Below, in pieces: positions 58,520 to 64,000 of a stretch of DNA of 64,000 nucleotides. Where the stretch lies: NCBI GenBank assembly GCA_013141455.1, contig JABFQW010000030.1:1677-65676 (forward strand), given 5' to 3'. The stretch is from Bacteroidales bacterium (GTDB lineage Bacteria; Bacteroidota; Bacteroidia; Bacteroidales; F082). How positions within the stretch are numbered: position 1 is the stretch's first letter; each line of letters begins with the position of its first letter. Both the position numbers and the translations under genes were made by a program. The notes beneath the pieces are model-generated. The model made no database searches. It worked only from the letters and a program-made list of their open reading frames with translations, and had not been told where the DNA came from.

Positions 58520-61500
58520 TTATTTGTTGATTAACAGACTTTTAACTGTTTTGTTGTATCCGTTTTCGATCAGAAGCAAGTAAGCGCCATTCTTCAGAAA
58601 ACTTACATCAACCACATGATTTTGATTATCCACAACATTGTATAATGTTTTGGTAAAAAGGATTTCGCCAGGCAGATTGGTGATGGTTAAACGGTATATC
58701 GTGTTAGTATTTCCCATCTGTATAGTAAATTTCCCGGAACCCGGATTCGGAAAAATATTGACAGTTCCGATAAGGTTCTCGTTCAATCCGACAGTATTGC
58801 GTAACACAACTGGTTTCTCATCTGTCCAGGCACTCTGACCACATTCATTAAACGAAGCGACTTTGATGGTAGCATTCCCTAAATAGGTTGTGACCCAGTT
58901 GATCGTGGCTTCATTTCCCGAAACTGTCACCTGAGCAGCCTCAGTGGGTGTAACTTCACAATAGTAACCATCTGCATCAGCAACCGTTTCAATTAAAACA
59001 TTTGTCGTTGTCGCATAAACATAATCAACTGTGTCAGGTGTGACTGGCGTAACCGGTGCAGCAGGAGCAGAAATAACCGTTATAGAAACCTGTCCGTTAG
59101 CCGCTTGCTGACAGCCATTTGCATCGCTTACACTTACGAGTGAATAGGTTGTACTAACCGAAGGAATGATCAGATAATCGAATGGATTGGCACTTACAAC
59201 CATTCCGCCGTTATTCATCTCCACTGTCCAGGGAGCCTGTCCGGTTAACTCAAAATGAATCGTAGCATTTTGTCCCAAACAAATTGTCTGATCTCCCGAA
59301 ATAGTAACCGTTGGTATAATATTGAAATTCAATACAAAACTATCAGTTGCATCTCCGCAGTTTCCCGATCCGGTTGCATCGAGCGTCAATATTACGCTAC
59401 CTGCCTCAAAATCAGACTCAGAAGGCATATAAACCGGATTCAGTAACGAAACATCATCAAATGCTCCTGAACCATTTGTTAGCCATTGTAATGAAACATA
59501 GTCAAAAGCAGTTGCTTCACTGATTTCGAAGGTGGTTCCCTTACAAATTGAGGCATCATCACCAGCCATAACAACGGGTGTGGGCTGAATGATTAAGTTC
59601 AGGCTCGATTCCACCGTAGCATTGTCACCGGTAACTGAAAGTGTGAGGATCGCTGAACCAGCCTCAATGTCGTTGCTCCCAGGAGTATAAACCGGATTAA
59701 GGATGGTGGCATCCGAAAATGTGCCATCACCCGAGCTTGACCATAGTACTGTATTGTAGTGGTATGCAACGCCATTCAATGGATAGGTTTGTCCCACACA
59801 AACCTGGCCATCATCGCCTGCATAACCACTGGGGACAAATGAGACCGGAAAAACAATATAATCGATATAGGCAGCATCAGCTCCACCAAAATCCGAAACA
59901 TCCTTTTGATATTCCCATTTGAAAGTTCTGCTGCCGGCAGAAACAGGATACGAAACTTTTGACCAATCCTGTTCACCTGACCATTCATCTTTCTCAATTC
60001 CATCGATATAAAAACGTAAATAATCATAACCTGATTCAGAAGAAACCTTTCGGTAAAAGGAGATGGTGTCATCAGCGCTCACCGCATAAGTCAACAGCAT
60101 CTCTGAACTTTGATCATCGCCGATTATACCTGAGCGTGATGCAAAATCACCTTCAAATGTTTCATCAATTTCTATTTTCCATGCAGATTCACCACCTGAA
60201 GTCCAGTCGAAAGCGTTGAAATCACCGGTTTCGAAATCTTCCAGGATCAGGCCTATCTTTGTAGCAAACGATTTATCAGCCTGATAAGTACCCGCAACAA
60301 CATTAAATGAAAAGTCAACCGTAGTTCCAATTGGTGCGGCGGGATTAACTGTAACATTAAAACCGGCATTAATATTTTCTCCTGCCGGTATATTGTCATA
60401 TTGAATGCTCGCAGTATTAACCGTAATATAACTGTTAACAAGTTCAAGGACGGCGATTGCATCTGTTGCAGCGCTCAAACCTGTATTGCTGAACGAGATG
60501 GTAATATCCGCTGTTTCACCCGGATCGAGACGGCCATTGCCATTGCCCGATGGGTCAGAAACTGTGAAACTGCCGACTGCAAATTCAGGGGCTAATACAT
60601 TAACATTGAAGCTGCTTTCCCAACTCGATTCAGTACTTGTGATAATCAAATTGAAAGTTAACGTTGTATTATTTGGAATATCAGAAGCAACATCGAAGGC
60701 AAAAGCGTCCGCCAGAGTTACTGTTTGTTCTGGTATTAATGTGCCAAAGTCTTCGCTGCCATCGGTGATGTTCACAAAAGAAGATTCGCAACTGAGCACG
60801 ATATTTACATTGGTTGCCGGTGTAACGCCCATATTCTGAATTTCCATTCCAAGAAGGATGTTTTCACCATAATCAATCATACCATTGTTGTTGCCTGTAG
60901 CATCATTCACCGTGTTCGAAACATAAGCGATAAATGGGCCGGCTGCCGGGAGAATTTCAACCTCCGCCATATACGTCACCCTGTTAAAAGCAAAAACAGT
61001 TACATCCATCATTCCGATTTCGGTAAGCGCTGGAAAAGTAATTGTGGCAGTACCGTTTTGAATATAGGCGGTCCCTAATATTTCACCATTGTATGTCAAT
61101 GAAACAATTGCATTTTCGGCATCGGCATTCACAACAAACTGATTCATCTCCAGGAAGATGGTTGGCTGATGTGAAACCGTCATAGGAGTAGGGTTTGCAG
61201 TGCGTAAGCAGAGAGATGGATCGCCAAACAAAATCCAGGTATCGTGTGTGGACCGGCCTTCACTGCCAAACTCATCAATCATTTTCATGCTGCCATTAAT
61301 CGAACAGCCACCGAAAGTTCTTTTGATGTTATTTTCATAACCTTCGACAAGCAAGGTGTTCATTTCGTCCTGGCCTGTCATGGGTGGCTGCCAGGGCTGT
61401 GAAATCCACGACATCATCGTTCCGATCGCTCCGGTTGGTTCTCCGTTATCCGTTGCACGCATCCAGGTTTCGGCAAAGCAGGTTCCATTGGTAAACCGGC

Positions 61501-62950
61501 CATTATCGCAGGCTACAGCCCAAACGATTGGCCAACGATCGGTATTTGTTAAGGCATCAACATGGCTGGTTGAATAGTTGCCTACACTCCAGCTGTTTTG
61601 CGAGCCATGGTTACAATAATTGATGATGCTTACACCATCGTTAATACGTTGTGAGATCATTGCGGCAGTAGTGTTTGGCAAACCAGGAACATTTCCATCA
61701 TACTCACGGTGGACTGTTGTGTAGGTGAAATTCAGCAGACTATCGCGTATAAAATCGATATGTTGATAATCAGCTTCACCGCCATTATGACCGTTCCCGG
61801 CGCCTTCGTTACGCGAAACGCCCATACCAACATCAACCCAATCAACTGTCGGAGCCATATCGCGCTCGTAGGTTATGATTTTCTCAACCTGTGTTTCAAC
61901 ATGCGTTACCGTTTCGGCAGAGAACCTGCCAACAAATAATTCATTGAACGAATCACTTCCTTCGAGATAAGCATAATAATTATCTGAGTAACCGCCCGAT
62001 GATGTATTGTTATAACTTGGAACATGCTGATGGTCACCCACGAGCAATAGGTAAGTGAGGCCATTGTTATTATAATAATCTGTAACAAAAGCTTTTATAA
62101 TGGCTGGTGTTGAACCGATGGTAGCGACATCAATGATTTCGATGGGTCGGCCAATCTGCTTTTTCCAGGCGATAAAAGGTGCCATGGCTTCCATATATGG
62201 TCCATGACAAATAACGAGCATATTCCCTTCTTCTTCAACTGTGGGATAACGCTGTTGATGGACCCCATAATTGATAAAATGATGTGCATAAAGTTGATTA
62301 AACTCAGGGTCAACAGTCAATTGTGTACGTCCCGTAGTCAACTGATTTTCACCACCAGTTCCATTTTTGAATAATTCGATGGTGAATGTATGGAACACCC
62401 GAAGGATTTTTTGAATCGGGTTGTATGAAAACGGTTGTACCGTAACGGCTTGCCCCCGCAAATCCCGTAAAATATAAGGTGTTTGCAGGATTGAGAGATT
62501 TGCAGGATAAAAGGCATCATGGTTATAAATTTCACCATAAGTATATGGTATATCATCCGGATTAATCTGACGACTGAAATTTCCTTTGGATGGCGCTATC
62601 TCAATCCCCTGGAAGTCGGTATATTCAGAAGATAATATACGCACTTCCATCGAGGCATCGTTACCAATAATCGTTGATACGGCATATATTGGCAGATCAG
62701 GCGCTCCTGTTTCGAGCATTGAAACCATTTCCGGCACGCTTATAAGGGCAGCTTTACCACGTGGCGTTTCCACATTTGAACGATTGAACCCATCTACTTT
62801 AAATTGTATAACAATACTTTCATCAGTTGATGAAATCAACGTATATTGAATTGGCTTTTGCGTATTGCTGTTGATTCCGGTCCAGTTTTGACCAAATCCG
62901 GCGATTGCAAAAAACACCAAAACTATTAATGAAACAATTTGCTTTTTCAT
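58520..62950 (-). CDS. Gingipain-like C25 cysteine peptidase, multidomain, with a T9SS C-terminal sorting domain
   Basis: Signal peptide and a propeptide-like N-terminus. The C25 core has LLLVGDHQHVPSY, the catalytic His region INYCNHGSQNSW and the Cys region WAVACDNGRF. CARDB-like modules follow, then a jelly-roll module (EDFETGDFNAFDW...SGYDYLRFYIDG). Next come three tandem ~83-aa Ig-like modules (W.S.G.G.F.D...NPVY.P). T9SS tail is VNIFPNPGSGKFTI...GAYLLLIENGYNKTVKSLLINK. Confidence 0.88.
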   Translation of the reverse strand: MKKQIVSLIVLVFFAIAGFGQNWTGINSNTQKPIQYTLISSTDESIVIQFKVDGFNRSNVETPRGKAALISVPEMVSMLETGAPDLPIYAVSTIIGNDASMEVRILSSEYTDFQGIEIAPSKGNFSRQINPDDIPYTYGEIYNHDAFYPANLSILQTPYILRDLRGQAVTVQPFSYNPIQKILRVFHTFTIELFKNGTGGENQLTTGRTQLTVDPEFNQLYAHHFINYGVHQQRYPTVEEEGNMLVICHGPYMEAMAPFIAWKKQIGRPIEIIDVATIGSTPAIIKAFVTDYYNNNGLTYLLLVGDHQHVPSYNNTSSGGYSDNYYAYLEGSDSFNELFVGRFSAETVTHVETQVEKIITYERDMAPTVDWVDVGMGVSRNEGAGNGHNGGEADYQHIDFIRDSLLNFTYTTVHREYDGNVPGLPNTTAAMISQRINDGVSIINYCNHGSQNSWSVGNYSTSHVDALTNTDRWPIVWAVACDNGRFTNGTCFAETWMRATDNGEPTGAIGTMMSWISQPWQPPMTGQDEMNTLLVEGYENNIKRTFGGCSINGSMKMIDEFGSEGRSTHDTWILFGDPSLCLRTANPTPMTVSHQPTIFLEMNQFVVNADAENAIVSLTYNGEILGTAYIQNGTATITFPALTEIGMMDVTVFAFNRVTYMAEVEILPAAGPFIAYVSNTVNDATGNNNGMIDYGENILLGMEIQNMGVTPATNVNIVLSCESSFVNITDGSEDFGTLIPEQTVTLADAFAFDVASDIPNNTTLTFNLIITSTESSWESSFNVNVLAPEFAVGSFTVSDPSGNGNGRLDPGETADITISFSNTGLSAATDAIAVLELVNSYITVNTASIQYDNIPAGENINAGFNVTVNPAAPIGTTVDFSFNVVAGTYQADKSFATKIGLILEDFETGDFNAFDWTSGGESAWKIEIDETFEGDFASRSGIIGDDQSSEMLLTYAVSADDTISFYRKVSSESGYDYLRFYIDGIEKDEWSGEQDWSKVSYPVSAGSRTFKWEYQKDVSDFGGADAAYIDYIVFPVSFVPSGYAGDDGQVCVGQTYPLNGVAYHYNTVLWSSSGDGTFSDATILNPVYTPGSNDIEAGSAILTLSVTGDNATVESSLNLIIQPTPVVMAGDDASICKGTTFEISEATAFDYVSLQWLTNGSGAFDDVSLLNPVYMPSESDFEAGSVILTLDATGSGNCGDATDSFVLNFNIIPTVTISGDQTICLGQNATIHFELTGQAPWTVEMNNGGMVVSANPFDYLIIPSVSTTYSLVSVSDANGCQQAANGQVSITVISAPAAPVTPVTPDTVDYVYATTTNVLIETVADADGYYCEVTPTEAAQVTVSGNEATINWVTTYLGNATIKVASFNECGQSAWTDEKPVVLRNTVGLNENLIGTVNIFPNPGSGKFTIQMGNTNTIYRLTITNLPGEILFTKTLYNVVDNQNHVVDVSFLKNGAYLLLIENGYNKTVKSLLINK

Positions 62951-63000
62951 GATTTTTTCATTTGTAAAACATCTGTTAGATTAAAACAAACAAGGTTTGT

Positions 63001-64000
63001 TTATTCAATAACTACTTTTTGAACGCTTGACTTTTTATCGGTATTTAAGCGAAGATAATAAATCCCTTTCGCGTAATTCTCAATATTGATCGGTTCAATT
63101 ACAAATCCGTTCATCTCACCCATCGACTTTGACAATAGAACCTGACCCTGATAATTCATCAATGTGTATTCGAATTGTTGGGAATGACCATGCAATGCCA
63201 GATTGATTTTTGATGAAGCCGGATTTGGATATACCGATATATTAAGTTCATCGGTTGTGTTGCTGATCGAATTACAAACATCGAATGTTACTGTAATTTC
63301 GTCTTCAGCATTACAGCCATTGATGTCGTATGCCAGCACTGAATAGGTTTGTGTACTATAACCGATTCCGGTGGTATCGACTGTAATAGTAGGCGTTGTT
63401 TCTCCGCCTGGCGACCAGGAGTAACTTATTCCGTTTGTAATGGTGCCATCGAGTAGCAGTGTGAAAGGCGAACAAACAATGGTATCGTTTCCAAGCTCCA
63501 ATACCGGCGATTCGAATACACCAAGTGTGTATTGCGCTTCAACGGTTGATAATCCATCATTAACAATTACCGTATAGGTTGTCGATTCGCTTGGTGATGC
63601 GATAGGTTTTGCACTTGTAGGATCATTTAATGTTTCAGCAGGACTCCATGAATAGGTGTAATCGCCGCCACCACCAATAGCATTTGCATCTAAAACTGCA
63701 GTGCCATCGCCACAAATAACCGGTGGGTTTGAACTTATTTCGGCAAACAATGCCTGTTCAACATAACAACTGACTTCGGCAAACCAACCAGCCGCGATAT
63801 AGGATCCGTCGGATGTAAACCGGAAAGTTAAAGCGCCTGATTCATTCGTTGACTGTATAATTCCCGGACTGTTGGTGCCATCGAATGGACTTCCCAATAC
63901 CTCTGGTGCATCTGTGGTGCTGCCATCGTAAATATATAAATAGTCATATCCGCTTTCGGTAGCAAATGAAATGAATTCAACATTCAGCATCGCACCTTCG
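63001..64000 (-). CDS. T9SS-sorted surface protein with a CUB-like module and Ig-like repeats; N-terminus lies beyond the window
   Basis: ESGYDYLYIYDGSTTDAPEVLGSPFDG (CUB-like), then Ig-like repeats (YTYSWSPAETLNDPTSAKP, SYSWSPGGETTPTI). T9SS tail is ISVYPNPASSKINL...GIYYLRLNTDKKSSVQKVVIE. The frame stays open to nt 64000. Confidence 0.78.
   Translation of the reverse strand, partial: EGAMLNVEFISFATESGYDYLYIYDGSTTDAPEVLGSPFDGTNSPGIIQSTNESGALTFRFTSDGSYIAAGWFAEVSCYVEQALFAEISSNPPVICGDGTAVLDANAIGGGGDYTYSWSPAETLNDPTSAKPIASPSESTTYTVIVNDGLSTVEAQYTLGVFESPVLELGNDTIVCSPFTLLLDGTITNGISYSWSPGGETTPTITVDTTGIGYSTQTYSVLAYDINGCNAEDEITVTFDVCNSISNTTDELNISVYPNPASSKINLALHGHSQQFEYTLMNYQGQVLLSKSMGEMNGFVIEPINIENYAKGIYYLRLNTDKKSSVQKVVIE

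Overview
This window looks like a Bacteroidota chromosomal segment, probably from an anaerobe. The lineage call rests on six proteins with T9SS C-terminal sorting domains, a DUF2723 protein, a DUF2851 protein, TAnnTTTG-like promoter boxes, and a PFOR (nifJ) gene. Most of the window is ordinary. It holds glycan and peptide degradation genes (GH20, GH92, C1, S28 and C25 peptidases) and housekeeping genes (mutS, folK, dNK, sppA, nifJ, msrB, PNP, tRNA-Leu, tRNA-Gly). It also holds transporters and a large two-component signalling cluster. I saw no cas genes, CRISPR array, integrase, transposase or phage genes.

The points worth a second look are these:
1. A signal-peptide-bearing PEP-utilizing/PPDK-type ATP-grasp protein whose His-swivel-like segment precedes the ATP-grasp. 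It sits between two multi-PAS histidine kinases and a stand-alone receiver.
2. Two ~230-250 bp direct repeats, plus a partial third copy, bracket an ~8 kb cassette. The cassette carries an ECF sigma factor, a DUF2723/TMEM260-like protein and T9SS cargo genes.
3. Two MITE-like inverted-repeat elements, one with a clean 10-bp flanking duplication.
4. An orphan 409-aa gene preceded by three 43-bp tandem repeats and a compound palindromic block.
5. Two otherwise intact genes are each cut by a single in-frame stop: TAA in a C1 peptidase and TAG in a VPS10/BNR T9SS protein.
6. A recurring intergenic pattern of GC-rich hairpins followed by 2-5 tandem copies of a locus-specific 7-8 bp unit.

All functional calls come from motif recognition by eye. 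No database search was run.
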